A stretch of DNA of 63,103 bases, filler included, from Candidatus Woesearchaeota archaeon (lineage in GTDB: Archaea > Nanobdellota > Nanobdellia > Woesearchaeales > J072), in the NCBI GenBank assembly GCA_003695265.1. It is 6 parts of 6 records of this genome, joined end to end, with 100 filler letters (N's around TTAATTAATTAA, not from the genome) between each part and the next. Parts side by side here need not be neighbours in the genome. Positions count along the whole stretch, not along the records: positions 1 to 14,575 come from RFII01000081.1; 5 more parts are not named here. The stretch is one strand, 5' to 3'. Shown one piece after another: positions 1 to 9,861 of the stretch; the first letter of the stretch is position 1; every line of letters begins with the position of its first letter. The notes beneath the pieces are model-generated. The model was not told the DNA's origin. It saw only the letters and a list, made by a program, of their open reading frames with translations, and did no database searches. The translations under genes were made by a program, and so were the position numbers.

Positions 1-1
1 A

Positions 2-1330
2 TCATCAAATGATTTCCTGCTGAAGAACGGCGTTGTTGAAAAAGCAGGCTTTAGCATTAGTTCTGGTCTTGGAATAAGGTACTTGATAAATGACACTCCC
101 GGCTTCGTATCAATAAACAGGCTGGATAAGGAATTGGTTAAGAGGCTGCTTGAGCGCTCTATCAGTTTGACAAAGGATTCTTCAAGAATTTCAAAGAGAA
201 CATGTTTTTCTGATGAGAAAACGCGGAAAGACGATTACAAAGTCAAACAAAAGATTGGCTTGAATGATCTAGAGGCTGATGAAAAGATGAAAGTCCTCCA
301 AGACATTGAAAAGGAGTTGAACTCGCTTAAAGTAAAAGTTCCGGGAAGGTACCTTTCCCTTTCTGACGCGCTGATAAAAAAGTATTATGTTAATTCAGAA
401 GGCAGCAAAGTCTCATCTGAGATTCCCAAAATAAACTTTTTTTATTTTCTCACAGTTCTTGTGGATAACCAGCAAATTCAAAGGTTTTGGCAGTACGGCT
501 CAAGCTCAGGTTACGAAATTCTCGAGGAATGGAATCTAAAAGAAAAGTTAAGAGATGAGGTTTTAGGAATGGAAAAAAATGCCAAGCACGGCGTAAAAGC
601 CCCTGCTAAAAAGCTTGATGTTGTGTGCTCTCCCGAAGTTGCAGGGATAATCGCGCACGAGGCTGCAGGCCATCCTTACGAGGCTGACAGGATTCTTGGA
701 AGAGAGTCAGCCCAAGCTGGCGAATCATTTGTAACGAAGGAAATGATTAATACAAGAATAGGATCAGAAGTTGTAAACCTTGTTGATGATCCTACAGTCA
801 AGAACAGCTTCGGATTTTACAAGTATGATGATGAGGGCGTGAAAGCAAGGCAGAAACTTCTCATAAGAAAAGGAATTATTAATGAGTTTTTGCACAACAG
901 GGAAACAGCAAAAGAGTTAGGCACAAAAAGCAATGCTTCTGCAAGGGCAAACGGCTTTGACGTTGAGCCTTTGATAAGAATGTCTAACACTTTCTTTCTT
1001 CCGGGAGAGTACGGCGATGATGAGATTATAGAGGACACAAAGATCGGAATTTACTTCAAGAATTTTATGGAGTGGAACATTGATGATGTCCGCCTAAACC
1101 AGAAGTACGTTGCGAATGAGGCCTACTTGATAGAGAACGGCGAGTTAACAAGGCCCGTTAAGAGGCCTGCCATAGAAATAACAACCCCTGTCCTTTACAG
1201 CTCAATCAATGCCGTTGCAAAAACAGTCGAGCTTCACGCAGCTACTTGCGGGAAAGGAGAGCCGATGCAGGGCATTCCAGTCACTATGGGAGGGCCGAGG
1301 ATAAGGATCGCGAACATAAGAGTGCATTAA
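2..1330 (+). CDS. tldD: TldD metalloprotease subunit (5'-truncated by window edge)
   Basis: HEAAGH metal motif, DDEGV, PLIRMSNT and CGKGEPMQG motifs; frame is open back to the window start. Confidence 0.92.
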   Translation, partial: SSNDFLLKNGVVEKAGFSISSGLGIRYLINDTPGFVSINRLDKELVKRLLERSISLTKDSSRISKRTCFSDEKTRKDDYKVKQKIGLNDLEADEKMKVLQDIEKELNSLKVKVPGRYLSLSDALIKKYYVNSEGSKVSSEIPKINFFYFLTVLVDNQQIQRFWQYGSSSGYEILEEWNLKEKLRDEVLGMEKNAKHGVKAPAKKLDVVCSPEVAGIIAHEAAGHPYEADRILGRESAQAGESFVTKEMINTRIGSEVVNLVDDPTVKNSFGFYKYDDEGVKARQKLLIRKGIINEFLHNRETAKELGTKSNASARANGFDVEPLIRMSNTFFLPGEYGDDEIIEDTKIGIYFKNFMEWNIDDVRLNQKYVANEAYLIENGELTRPVKRPAIEITTPVLYSSINAVAKTVELHAATCGKGEPMQGIPVTMGGPRIRIANIRVH

Positions 1331-1331
1331 G

Positions 1332-2651
1332 ATGGAAGTCTTAGACAAAATCAGCAGGGAGCTTGAGAAGATTAATGCTGATGATTATGTTATTTCTCAG
1401 GCTAAAAGTAATGCAAGCCATGTTAAGTTTGCAAACAGCAAAATAGTGAAGACTGGTGTTGAAACGCTGAACCTTATAGACCTTTTTGTGGTGAAGAAGA
1501 AAAGGATAGTAACAACGTCAATCCACAAAACAGATGATAAAAACATAAAGGAGACTGTTCAAAAGGTTAAAAAGTTTTTGAAACTCGTTCCGGAAAACAA
1601 GAATTATGTTGGAATTGCAGAAGGGCCTTTCAAGTACATAGAAATTGATGATTCTTATGATAAGAGGGTTGGAAAAGAGGACATTGTTGAGCATGTGGAA
1701 AAAGCAATAAGCGTTGCGGAAAGCTTAGGAATAAAAAGGTGTGCCGGCGTCTTGGACGCTTATGACATATACTTAAGCCTTTTGACATCCAATAATGTTA
1801 GGGCTTCTGATAAGGCGACAAAACTGTATTTTTCAATCAGGTGCCATAAAACAAAAGATGCTTCCGGCCATATGACAGCATGCAGTAGGGTGCTTTCCAA
1901 GTTTGATACTGAAAAAGTTGCTGAGCACGCAGCAAGAATAGCAAGCCTTGGCAAGGGAAAGAAGAATCTGAGCCCTGGAAATTATGACATAATATTTGAG
2001 CCTTTGCCAATGGCAGACTTGCTGAACACTGTGATGGATTCTGCATCTATTTTTTCTGTTGAAGCAAACATTTCATTCTTTAAGGGATTGCTCAACAAGA
2101 AAGTCGCTTCAAGCAAAGTAACGCTGGCGGATGATGCTACGATGAGGAATGGTTTTAATTCGGCGATGTTTGACCAGGAAGGGGTTCCAACGCAAAGGAC
2201 AGAAGTAATAAAAAACGGCATTCTGAAGAGCTTCCTTCATAACACTTCAACTGCTAAGCGCCACAAAACAAAAACAACTGCCAATGCTGGATTGATATCG
2301 CCGAGCCCTTTTAATATTGTTCTTGAGCCGGGCGATTTCAGGAAAGATGAAATTTTCAGAGAGATGAAGAGAGGGCTTTACATAACAAACCTGTGGTACA
2401 CTCGCTTCCAGAATTACGCGACAGGGGATTTCTCAACGATTCCAAGAGACGGCGCGTTCATTGTTGAGAACGGAGAGATAAAACAGGCTGTGAAGAACAT
2501 AAGGATAAGCGAGAACATACTTAACCTTTTGAAAAACGTTTCTGCTTTGGGCAGGAAATCTTACCAGATAAAGTCTTGGGAGGCAGAAACTCCTGTCACG
2601 CTGCCATTGACTCTTGTGAAGAATTGCAGGATTACGAAGCCTGAGAATTAG
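1332..2651 (+). CDS. tldE: TldE/PmbA subunit
   Basis: Directly follows tldD; FDQEGVP, NLWYTRFQN, GDFS motifs; no HExxxH. Confidence 0.9.
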   Translation: MEVLDKISRELEKINADDYVISQAKSNASHVKFANSKIVKTGVETLNLIDLFVVKKKRIVTTSIHKTDDKNIKETVQKVKKFLKLVPENKNYVGIAEGPFKYIEIDDSYDKRVGKEDIVEHVEKAISVAESLGIKRCAGVLDAYDIYLSLLTSNNVRASDKATKLYFSIRCHKTKDASGHMTACSRVLSKFDTEKVAEHAARIASLGKGKKNLSPGNYDIIFEPLPMADLLNTVMDSASIFSVEANISFFKGLLNKKVASSKVTLADDATMRNGFNSAMFDQEGVPTQRTEVIKNGILKSFLHNTSTAKRHKTKTTANAGLISPSPFNIVLEPGDFRKDEIFREMKRGLYITNLWYTRFQNYATGDFSTIPRDGAFIVENGEIKQAVKNIRISENILNLLKNVSALGRKSYQIKSWEAETPVTLPLTLVKNCRITKPEN

Positions 2652-3022
2652 CCAACAACGTACATGACTTGTATGGAATGCGACTTGCCTGGCAGGTTAA
2701 TCAGCTTGTCTGCCTTGTACCTCTGGAGGTCATAGTAACTCGTGTTTTCAGGCAGGCCGTAAAGCCTTGCCTCTTTGTACGTGTAAATGACTCTGTCAAG
2801 CAGCCTGCTGAGCCTGGCGCTCCTCTTAACAGGCAAGTTCAATATTTGGGAATAATCATTTATTGTCACCTCAACAGTTTCCCATTTGCTGTTTCTTTCA
2901 ATTTCTTCTAAACTCGCGTATTTTTCGTAGCGCGGAGAAATGCCAAAGTCAGAATAAATGCTGGAAATAAATGCTGTAAATATGATAAATAGGAAAAAGG
3001 AGAGTTCACCTCTTTTTTTCAT
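2648..3022 (-). CDS. Hypothetical protein with N-terminal hydrophobic anchor
   Basis: 124 aa ORF, MKKRG plus hydrophobic segment; stop overlaps tldE stop. Confidence 0.55.
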   Translation of the reverse strand: MKKRGELSFFLFIIFTAFISSIYSDFGISPRYEKYASLEEIERNSKWETVEVTINDYSQILNLPVKRSARLSRLLDRVIYTYKEARLYGLPENTSYYDLQRYKADKLINLPGKSHSIQVMYVVG

Positions 3023-3176
3023 GTTATTCTCCTAGATTAATTGGTTTAAATATTTTCTTGTGCTGTGAAAGATAGGTTGTAAAGGTTGTTTTGCAATAAC
3101 TGAGGGTTTAAGGGGCTCTGCCCATTGTAAATGTATTGCACAACATTTAAATATTAACCAGTGTTATTCCCAAATC

Positions 3177-3332
3177 ATGAAATGCGAAGTCTGCAAGAAC
3201 AAGATTAATGAGCACTTCCTGAAAAAAATAATAGGCACTGTTGTGAAAGACAAGAAAGGCAAAAAGCATTACGTCTGCGCGGAGTGCCAGAAGAAACTGA
3301 AGACAAAGGAAGAAATTCTTAATAAAATTTAA
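3177..3332 (+). CDS. Small zinc-finger protein (51 aa, not in ORF track)
   Basis: Manual translation MKCEVCKNKINEHFLKKIIGTVVKDKKGKKHYVCAECQKKLKTKEEILNKI; two CxxC pairs; TATA-like TTTAAATA upstream. Confidence 0.75.
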   Translation: MKCEVCKNKINEHFLKKIIGTVVKDKKGKKHYVCAECQKKLKTKEEILNKI

Positions 3333-3339
3333 TCAACTT

Positions 3340-3513
3340 GCACACTAGCTTAGATGGCAAATCTTTAAAAAAGATTTGATAGAAACTATTCAAGTGCAAT
3401 ATTCACAAAGTGAAATTGCACGGAACGCCCCAGTAGCTTAGGTGGCAAATTTTAAATAAAATTTGATAAAATTTATTCAAGTACCATATTCACTTCGCGA
3501 AATGGTACGAAAT
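3340..3513 (+). repeat. Two tandem 87-nt units, each a tRNA-Thr 5' fragment plus a two-hairpin element
   Basis: GCCCCAGTAGCTTAG at 3427 and 3514, degenerate copy at 3340; each unit continues TGG-CAAA..TTTGAT..CAAGT..ATTCAC..GYGAAAT..ACG. Confidence 0.85.
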
Positions 3514-3598
3514 GCCCCAGTAGCTTAGTGGCTAGAGCAGCCGCCTCGTATCATGCAAAGAAAGCGGCAGGTCGGGGGTTCAACTCCCCCCTGGGGCT
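3514..3598 (+). tRNA. tRNA-Thr(CGT) with 12-nt anticodon-loop intron (3551-3562)
   Basis: Acceptor GCCCCAG/CTGGGGC, anticodon stem GCCGC/GCGGC, loop CT-CGT-A|A, T-arm GGGGG-TTCAACT-CCCCC. Confidence 0.92.
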
Positions 3599-3616
3599 TA
3601 TTTTCTTTTTGCAAAT

Positions 3617-3713
3617 TTAAGTTAGTTTTGTTGAGCTGGAAAATTGTAAAAATTTTTAGTCCCACCCACACCACCCTAAAAATTAATGCTTGTCACAATT
3701 AAGCTGGCTTAAC
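3617..3713 (-). repeat. Dispersed intergenic repeat, copy 1
   Basis: Core TTAGTCCCACCCACACCACCC with conserved flanks. Confidence 0.85.
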
Positions 3714-3762
3714 AATTTTTACAAAGAAAATATTAAATATGAAAAATAACTGAAAGAGAATA

Positions 3763-4761
3763 ATGAGGATAATATTCTTGATAATGCTCAGTTTATTGCT
3801 TTTGTCCTGCTCTAAACATATTGAAATTGAAGCTCAAAAAACAGGAAACATTGAAGAGATAACAGGAAATGCAGTTGCAGTTCAGGATATGGCAGAAGGA
3901 AAAAATGTTTCTTTTGAGAATATTAGCATTAAGGAAGGTTGCGTCCTGACTGGGTTTTTAGTCAATGAGAAAGGAAGGAATTTCTCAAATATCACAATCC
4001 TGGCAAGGCACGCTGGCAGCGTTGACAAAACAGAAATTGATTTTGTTTATCCGGGAGAGACAAGCCCGTTCAGGATAAACATAACGACGAAGAAATGCCA
4101 TTACAGTTATAATTTAATTGCGGAATCAGAAGACGGCATGAACGTGTCGAGATTGGTTAGTTTTGAGCGCAACACTTGCGGCAATGGCATCTGCGAAGAA
4201 AATGAGAACGGCTGCAACTGCTCTGACTGCAAGCCCTGCTCCGGCTTTGCCGGGACGTGCATGATTTTCAGCTGTACAGAAGGGAACGAATGCAGGCCTA
4301 AAGTGATTGAGAATTGCGGCTCAATGATAAGAATAAATGACAAGTTCAGGGGTTTTGGAGAGAAGGTTCTCTGCCCTGTGAGGCTGAATTACAGCATTGA
4401 ATACCCAAAGCCCCTTGTCCTTAACAGGTCTGAGATAAGGCTTAGTTTTTACATGAAAAGAATCATTGATGACGAGTGCTCTGACTTCAAGGTAAGCAGG
4501 ATAATGATAAGGGACCAGGGCTCGGTTTTTTTTGACGAAGAAATTGATGAGGAATTGGATGAGGGTGATGCTTTGGTTTTAGACTTTGTTTTCAATGAGA
4601 CTTTTAGGGGTATGGAAAAGGATTCTGACCCTTCATTTTTTGTAGAGTTTAATGCATGGACTGTTGATGATGGGAAAAGCAGGTTTGTTGAGGACAGAAT
4701 AAAAGTGATTAATCCTGATAAAGACCTTGTTATGATTAATCCGGGATACGCGCAAAGTTAA
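3763..4761 (+). CDS. Putative lipoprotein with Cys-rich (CGNGICE) module
   Basis: Signal peptide ending LLSC; CGNGICEENEN...C..DC cluster. Confidence 0.7.
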   Translation: MRIIFLIMLSLLLLSCSKHIEIEAQKTGNIEEITGNAVAVQDMAEGKNVSFENISIKEGCVLTGFLVNEKGRNFSNITILARHAGSVDKTEIDFVYPGETSPFRINITTKKCHYSYNLIAESEDGMNVSRLVSFERNTCGNGICEENENGCNCSDCKPCSGFAGTCMIFSCTEGNECRPKVIENCGSMIRINDKFRGFGEKVLCPVRLNYSIEYPKPLVLNRSEIRLSFYMKRIIDDECSDFKVSRIMIRDQGSVFFDEEIDEELDEGDALVLDFVFNETFRGMEKDSDPSFFVEFNAWTVDDGKSRFVEDRIKVINPDKDLVMINPGYAQS

Positions 4762-6923
4762 TGCCTTGTTCTTGAAGCTTCTGAATATTCTATTAAAACA
4801 TTTGTTGCCGCGGACTGAAGTTGCGAGAAATGTGAGAAGTGATAAAAATTCACGTTCGGAAGTGTATCTGCGAACCTTTCAACGCGCTGAGCAAACATTC
4901 CCTTATGAAACATGGCAAAGTATAATATGCTCGTGTTTGGGTGTGCTGCCAATTTCTGTATTTCCTTCATATTTGCGTCATGATCATTATCAAGGTCGCC
5001 GTCCGCGACGAATATGTGCACCGTTTTTCCAGGAACGCATCTTGATTGCGCTAGTTGATAGGCTGGAATATCATAATAAGTTGAGCCGCCTTGAGGGTTA
5101 AGCATGATTTGCTTCGGATTGTTATTTGGGGTTTCATAAAAAGTCTCCAAGTCAATAGCATCACTTACGACAGTATGCCCCGCATTGCTGTAGTTAACCA
5201 CAACAACATTCGGGTTTTTATTCATTTCCCTTGCAGCATTAAGCAGCGTCTTAACAATGCCATAAGCCACATTGCATAAAGCATCAAACCTGCATCCTGA
5301 GCCATATATCATGCCAGGTTTCCCATTCCCATCTTGAAGCATGCTTCCTGAAGTGTCAAAATGAAACACAACATTATCCGGAAGCTCTAGTCCGGATTTC
5401 TCAAATTGGAAATCTTCTATTGGGATTTCTTCCCATTCATAAACATCATACCTGTACTGGTATGGTGTTAATCTTGTAACTTGAGATATTCCTGTTTGTG
5501 AAAAGAAATCATGAATTTTGTCCCAGGGAAGATTCATTAGTTCTGCATTTGTTAAGAAATGACTTTCTACTTTAACAGGCCTCCTGACTTTACCCAATTC
5601 AACAGACACTGCCTCAAGCCTTGGTGACTGTATTGGCAGGGGCCTTGCATTTCTTTTGTAATAAAGGTCTTTAGCAAGGTTTGAGAGCCTTTTGTTTCTA
5701 TCAGTCCTGGGATTATTATTATCATTGGCAATCCCCAGTAAGAAACTGCTAATTTCATCGCTGGCTTCATCGCCCATTTCATCAACGAGGTCCTGCAATG
5801 ATTCTTCTGCGCCGCCACCTGGCTGGTTTGGATCAGTTTGCGCATCACCGGTTTCGCTTCCGTCTCCTAATTGGGAGCCGTGCCTGTCCTCTTCTTTTGT
5901 GGTGGAAATAAATTTAGACAATGGAGCAATAAAGCCTTCAATAGACTTATACCTTGTGGTCTTGTCAAAAAACACTTTTGTAATTTTGTCAATGAGATAT
6001 GCATGCGCCTGATCACTTGTTTGTTTTGGATCATCGTACAACTCGTCAACATAATCCCTGAATCTTTTAGGATTAATCCTGTGCTTTCTTAAATCATCAA
6101 CGTCAAGATGTTTAATGATTCCGTTGAGGGATTCTTTAATCACTTGTTCAAGGGTTGCGTCGCTGATTCTTGCGCCCATTTTTTGCCTGAAATAATCAAA
6201 AAGGTTTGCTCTTAATTCACCACCTCTTGTAAAAAGAAGAGAATACATTGCTCTTGTAACAGGATAAAATAATGAGTTCGGCTCTTTGCCAGCTAATTCA
6301 ACAACATCCCATGTTCCAATAACCCCATCAGGGAGCTCTTTTATCTTATGTGCGCCTATTCCTTTGTTCCTTCTCTCAAATTCCATAGCTATTCTTCTTT
6401 CAAGTTTGTTATTGAAGTTAGACAAATAAAAAAATATGTCATCAATAAGAAAATCCCATACAGCGTTTCTTGCATTGCCTATTTTATTATTCACGTCCCT
6501 GTCAGAAAGATGCGGTTCTGCTTTTCGTATCCCTCTGTAAAGGGCAGCAGCAACCTTTTTTCTGTCATCTGCAGAATCTGGACAATAAAGGGGATGAAAC
6601 AATTCATGAAAAAAAAGATAAGTGAATGTGTCTTGTATTAGGTTTCTAACAAACCTAGCTTTGTCTTGGTCGTCAACCTGAAACCCATAGCTTTTCTGAT
6701 ATAAATCAGCAACAACTTCTTCAAAGGTTTTTTGAATGACATCAGGTTTGAAAACCAATGCCTTAATCTCATTGTTGTTTGTTGAGAAAGACCAAGGTCT
6801 TCGTGCGTTTGGGTCAGGATCAGCTCTTCTAACGGGCGTCCTGGAAAACATTGGCTCCTCAACAAGAACTATTTCCCTCCATATCCTCTCAGAGGTGATT
6901 AGGTCTTCTTGAACAGGATGCAT
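4758..6923 (-). CDS. HEXXH metallopeptidase-like plus C-terminal vWA domain protein
   Basis: FHELFH motif; acidic Gly-rich linker; MIDAS FDTSGSM, GGST, VADG. Confidence 0.8.
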   Translation of the reverse strand: MHPVQEDLITSERIWREIVLVEEPMFSRTPVRRADPDPNARRPWSFSTNNNEIKALVFKPDVIQKTFEEVVADLYQKSYGFQVDDQDKARFVRNLIQDTFTYLFFHELFHPLYCPDSADDRKKVAAALYRGIRKAEPHLSDRDVNNKIGNARNAVWDFLIDDIFFYLSNFNNKLERRIAMEFERRNKGIGAHKIKELPDGVIGTWDVVELAGKEPNSLFYPVTRAMYSLLFTRGGELRANLFDYFRQKMGARISDATLEQVIKESLNGIIKHLDVDDLRKHRINPKRFRDYVDELYDDPKQTSDQAHAYLIDKITKVFFDKTTRYKSIEGFIAPLSKFISTTKEEDRHGSQLGDGSETGDAQTDPNQPGGGAEESLQDLVDEMGDEASDEISSFLLGIANDNNNPRTDRNKRLSNLAKDLYYKRNARPLPIQSPRLEAVSVELGKVRRPVKVESHFLTNAELMNLPWDKIHDFFSQTGISQVTRLTPYQYRYDVYEWEEIPIEDFQFEKSGLELPDNVVFHFDTSGSMLQDGNGKPGMIYGSGCRFDALCNVAYGIVKTLLNAAREMNKNPNVVVVNYSNAGHTVVSDAIDLETFYETPNNNPKQIMLNPQGGSTYYDIPAYQLAQSRCVPGKTVHIFVADGDLDNDHDANMKEIQKLAAHPNTSILYFAMFHKGMFAQRVERFADTLPNVNFYHFSHFSQLQSAATNVLIEYSEASRTRH

Positions 6924-6926
6924 TAC

Positions 6927-8930
6927 TTACACCCCAAACATCCTTGATAATCTTTGATGATATATCTCTTCCGAAGTTGCGTCCTGCTTTTTCTCTTTTA
7001 ATAAGGCTTCAAGCTGCCCAAGTTGTAATAATGCTCTTTGCCCTTTATCCTTTTCTTTGAGAGTTTCTTTGAATCTTGCCTGAATATCCCCTTTGTATTC
7101 ATCAATAAATCCTGCGAATGTCGCGATGTCTGCAATAGCCCTTGCTATTAACAGTTTTTTAACGTCGCTTCCTTGATCAAGGGTTCTTAGCTTTCGGACT
7201 GCTGTCTCCAGCGCTTCTATCATCGGCTTTGCATATTCATCTGGGGTGTACTCTTGACCTGCTTTCATTCCTGAGATTGAACGAAGCGCAAAATGTATTG
7301 CATAATTCCTGATTGCACATGCATCATTATCAATTGAAAACCCTGGGCTTTTCATTTCAGCTGCGAAGTCATTGAACAGTCCAAGATAATCTGTAAGTAC
7401 TGTGTTTACTAATTCGATTGGGTCTCCGTCAGCGTTTGGCTGTTTTTTATCCGACAAAACGATTGAGTAAGCATCAGCCATGTCTTCTAAAGTGATGTAA
7501 GGTGATTGATCAAGCAATGCAGTCAACGGATCTGGATGCTTCAGTGCTTCTGTGAAATCCTTAATAGTTGCCAGCAAGTCAGCTATTTTTTTTGATTTTG
7601 CTGTGTCCCTTCTGATAAAGTCCTCTTCAAACTTAATTCCTGCAATCCTTTTCATCTTCTCAGACTCATCTTCAAAAGTTTGGTCGTATGTAAAATCAAC
7701 CCCATAAGCTGCAAGTCTCTCGGTCCAGTCTTTAGCATCTTCACACTCTATTTCAAATTCCCTTTTCAGGTTTCCGGAAGCAAGGTAAATAATGCAGTCT
7801 GAGAACTCCAAGGCAGATTTAATTATGCGTTTTTCAGTTTTCTTCGGATCTGTTGTGAATGCATAAAGTGAGAGCATGTTTAAGTTTGCAGCTTCCCTTT
7901 CTTCTCCATCTCCCAAACCACCGCCTGGCAGTAGAATTTTCTCTAATGATCTTGCAACAGCAGATTTAGGAGCAATGCCAAGTAATTCGCAGAGATAGCC
8001 TAAATAGCTCTTCCTAAACCTCAGATGCTGTTTGTTTTGTGATTGAGTAACATAAATTGAAGAGCCGTCACGTGAGGCTGCATTGGGAACATTTATTGTT
8101 AGGTCTCTGTTTGCGCTTGCCGCATCTGTCTTTACAGTTGCTGAATATTTTGCGTCATCAGCCCTTGCCGGGTTTTGAGCGCCCATCATAACTAATTTTC
8201 TCAGATAATCCTCAGAGAACACAATTTCATATTCGCCAGTAGCATTCCCTTTTTGGTCTTTTTTTTCGCGAATCAATGGGATAAAAGTCCCTAAATAGCC
8301 GCGTTCTCCTGTGCTTAACGCTATTTCAGAGTCCTGCATTTGTAGCACTTGGTTTGTGTCTCCCCTGTTTTTTTCATCAACGAACAAAAATACGACCTGC
8401 CTCATGGCATTACGGTTTAAGTGAAGGTATAAGACGCCGTCCCTAATCTCACCGTTGATGTATGGCTGTTGAACGTTAGACATTGCAAAGTTCAACCTTA
8501 ACACTTTTGAGAACTCTTCAGGTAACACAGTCTTCATGTATTTCTCAACTGAAAATGTCTTTCCTATTCCTGTGATGCCCTCAAAAAGAAGCGGAATTCT
8601 GTCCCTGTAATTTGCGCCTATGATCATATCCATAAGGGTTATGTCGCGGGAAAATTCTTTTGGCACTCTTGCCCTTCCTTCAAGCAGTTCAAAGTCCACA
8701 GTGTTATTATTAGGATTAAAGGTTAATCTGTAAAGGGGTGTTGGTGATATTTCAAGACTAATAGTATTATAGACTGCTCTAACCATTGCAAGTTCGCTTG
8801 CTGCCTGAATCCTCCTTGTGATCTCGTCCGCATCCTTAAATCCTTTCTTTGCAAGATGGGCTACTAAAAGATCTAACGCCTCAGCCCTTGGCTGAAATTC
8901 TTCTTGCTGTGCTGATTTTTCCTTCATCAT
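6927..8930 (-). CDS. Divergent MoxR-like AAA+ ATPase with long C-terminal extension
   Basis: Walker A EGITGIGKT, Walker B LFVDEKNR, sensor-1 GAQNP, DAASANR; adjacent to vWA gene. Confidence 0.75.
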   Translation of the reverse strand: MMKEKSAQQEEFQPRAEALDLLVAHLAKKGFKDADEITRRIQAASELAMVRAVYNTISLEISPTPLYRLTFNPNNNTVDFELLEGRARVPKEFSRDITLMDMIIGANYRDRIPLLFEGITGIGKTFSVEKYMKTVLPEEFSKVLRLNFAMSNVQQPYINGEIRDGVLYLHLNRNAMRQVVFLFVDEKNRGDTNQVLQMQDSEIALSTGERGYLGTFIPLIREKKDQKGNATGEYEIVFSEDYLRKLVMMGAQNPARADDAKYSATVKTDAASANRDLTINVPNAASRDGSSIYVTQSQNKQHLRFRKSYLGYLCELLGIAPKSAVARSLEKILLPGGGLGDGEEREAANLNMLSLYAFTTDPKKTEKRIIKSALEFSDCIIYLASGNLKREFEIECEDAKDWTERLAAYGVDFTYDQTFEDESEKMKRIAGIKFEEDFIRRDTAKSKKIADLLATIKDFTEALKHPDPLTALLDQSPYITLEDMADAYSIVLSDKKQPNADGDPIELVNTVLTDYLGLFNDFAAEMKSPGFSIDNDACAIRNYAIHFALRSISGMKAGQEYTPDEYAKPMIEALETAVRKLRTLDQGSDVKKLLIARAIADIATFAGFIDEYKGDIQARFKETLKEKDKGQRALLQLGQLEALLKEKKQDATSEEIYHQRLSRMFGV

Positions 8931-9724
8931 TTTAATCCTCTAAGAGTATCTCGGATTTCAATAACACCATCAATATATTGCTTTATACGTGTTATGCCTA
9001 GCCTTTCTCCAACTTTCAAGATGACGGAAGTGCTAACAAGAGGGTCGTATTTATGCGTATGTTTTTGCATTAATTCATCCAGTTGGGCAACAGATTTTCT
9101 TTTATATCCCATCTCATCCAAGCACTCGCTTAGAAAAGGTCTTAGCTCCGGCCTTGTCATCATGAGAAATAAGTAAGGGTCATCGACACCTGGAATAGTT
9201 TTATTATTTATTTTAGTGAACATACTGAATTCAGGAAAAAGTGATGTTAGAGTATTTTGTGTAAGATCAAAAACCTGGCTTTCATCCTGAAGATTTAAGA
9301 AATCAGCAATATCTGTTGTGCACAAATAATCAAAATCATAATGCTGACTTGATTCAAATACATGTCTTAAGAGGGGTGATGGAATTGGAGTGTCAGGTCT
9401 TATAAGAAAATGAATGGTAGTCCCAGTATGGGTTGAGGTCAATTTAGGTTCAAATTTTAAAGCATAAACACCAAGTTCTCTAAGAATAGTTTTTTCAAGT
9501 GGTGTTCTTATCTTAAAATAAGGAGATCCTTTAATAGTTAAAAAATCAAGAAGCCTGTCTTTTAGAGTAAAATCTTCAGTAGTGTAAACAGTTGTTTCAG
9601 ATGCAGGCTTAGTAGGTTTGCTGTCAGGCTTAACAACCACTGGCTCCTCGGGATCCTGTTCGCCGAAAGGAACAGCACCACCACTTGGTACAATACCATC
9701 TTCCTTTCTTCTTTTTGGTGTCAA
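8927..9724 (-). CDS. Hypothetical protein
   Basis: 265 aa; TTG start preceded by AAGGAGGT; overlaps both neighbours by 4 nt. Confidence 0.8.
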   Translation of the reverse strand: MTPKRRKEDGIVPSGGAVPFGEQDPEEPVVVKPDSKPTKPASETTVYTTEDFTLKDRLLDFLTIKGSPYFKIRTPLEKTILRELGVYALKFEPKLTSTHTGTTIHFLIRPDTPIPSPLLRHVFESSQHYDFDYLCTTDIADFLNLQDESQVFDLTQNTLTSLFPEFSMFTKINNKTIPGVDDPYLFLMMTRPELRPFLSECLDEMGYKRKSVAQLDELMQKHTHKYDPLVSTSVILKVGERLGITRIKQYIDGVIEIRDTLRGLK

Positions 9725-9861
9725 TTTGACCTCCTTAAAACCTTTATTTTTAGTTCGACGAGTGTCTGGGGTTTTAAGTCTTCGTAAAGTATCTTTGGCA
9801 ACACTATTATTGATTGGTTGCCGTGCTTCGCAATCTTTTTTGTTAGTGTGAACTCATCCAT
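9721..9861 (-). CDS. Small AbrB/MazE-like DNA-binding protein (46 aa, not in ORF track)
   Basis: Manual translation MDEFTLTKKIAKHGNQSIIVLPKILYEDLKPQTLVELKIKVLRRSN; KxGNx..ivlPK swapped-hairpin pattern; TGA overlaps next TTG. Confidence 0.7.
   Translation of the reverse strand: MDEFTLTKKIAKHGNQSIIVLPKILYEDLKPQTLVELKIKVLRRSN

Noticed and set aside
2..2651. tldDE as part of a RiPP cluster
   Set aside because: No precursor or YcaO-type enzyme nearby; the aromatic peptides are on a different contig.
3340..3530. CRISPR-like periodicity
   Set aside because: The repeat is a tRNA 5' end, the 'spacers' are ~70 nt and homologous to each other, and no cas genes are present.
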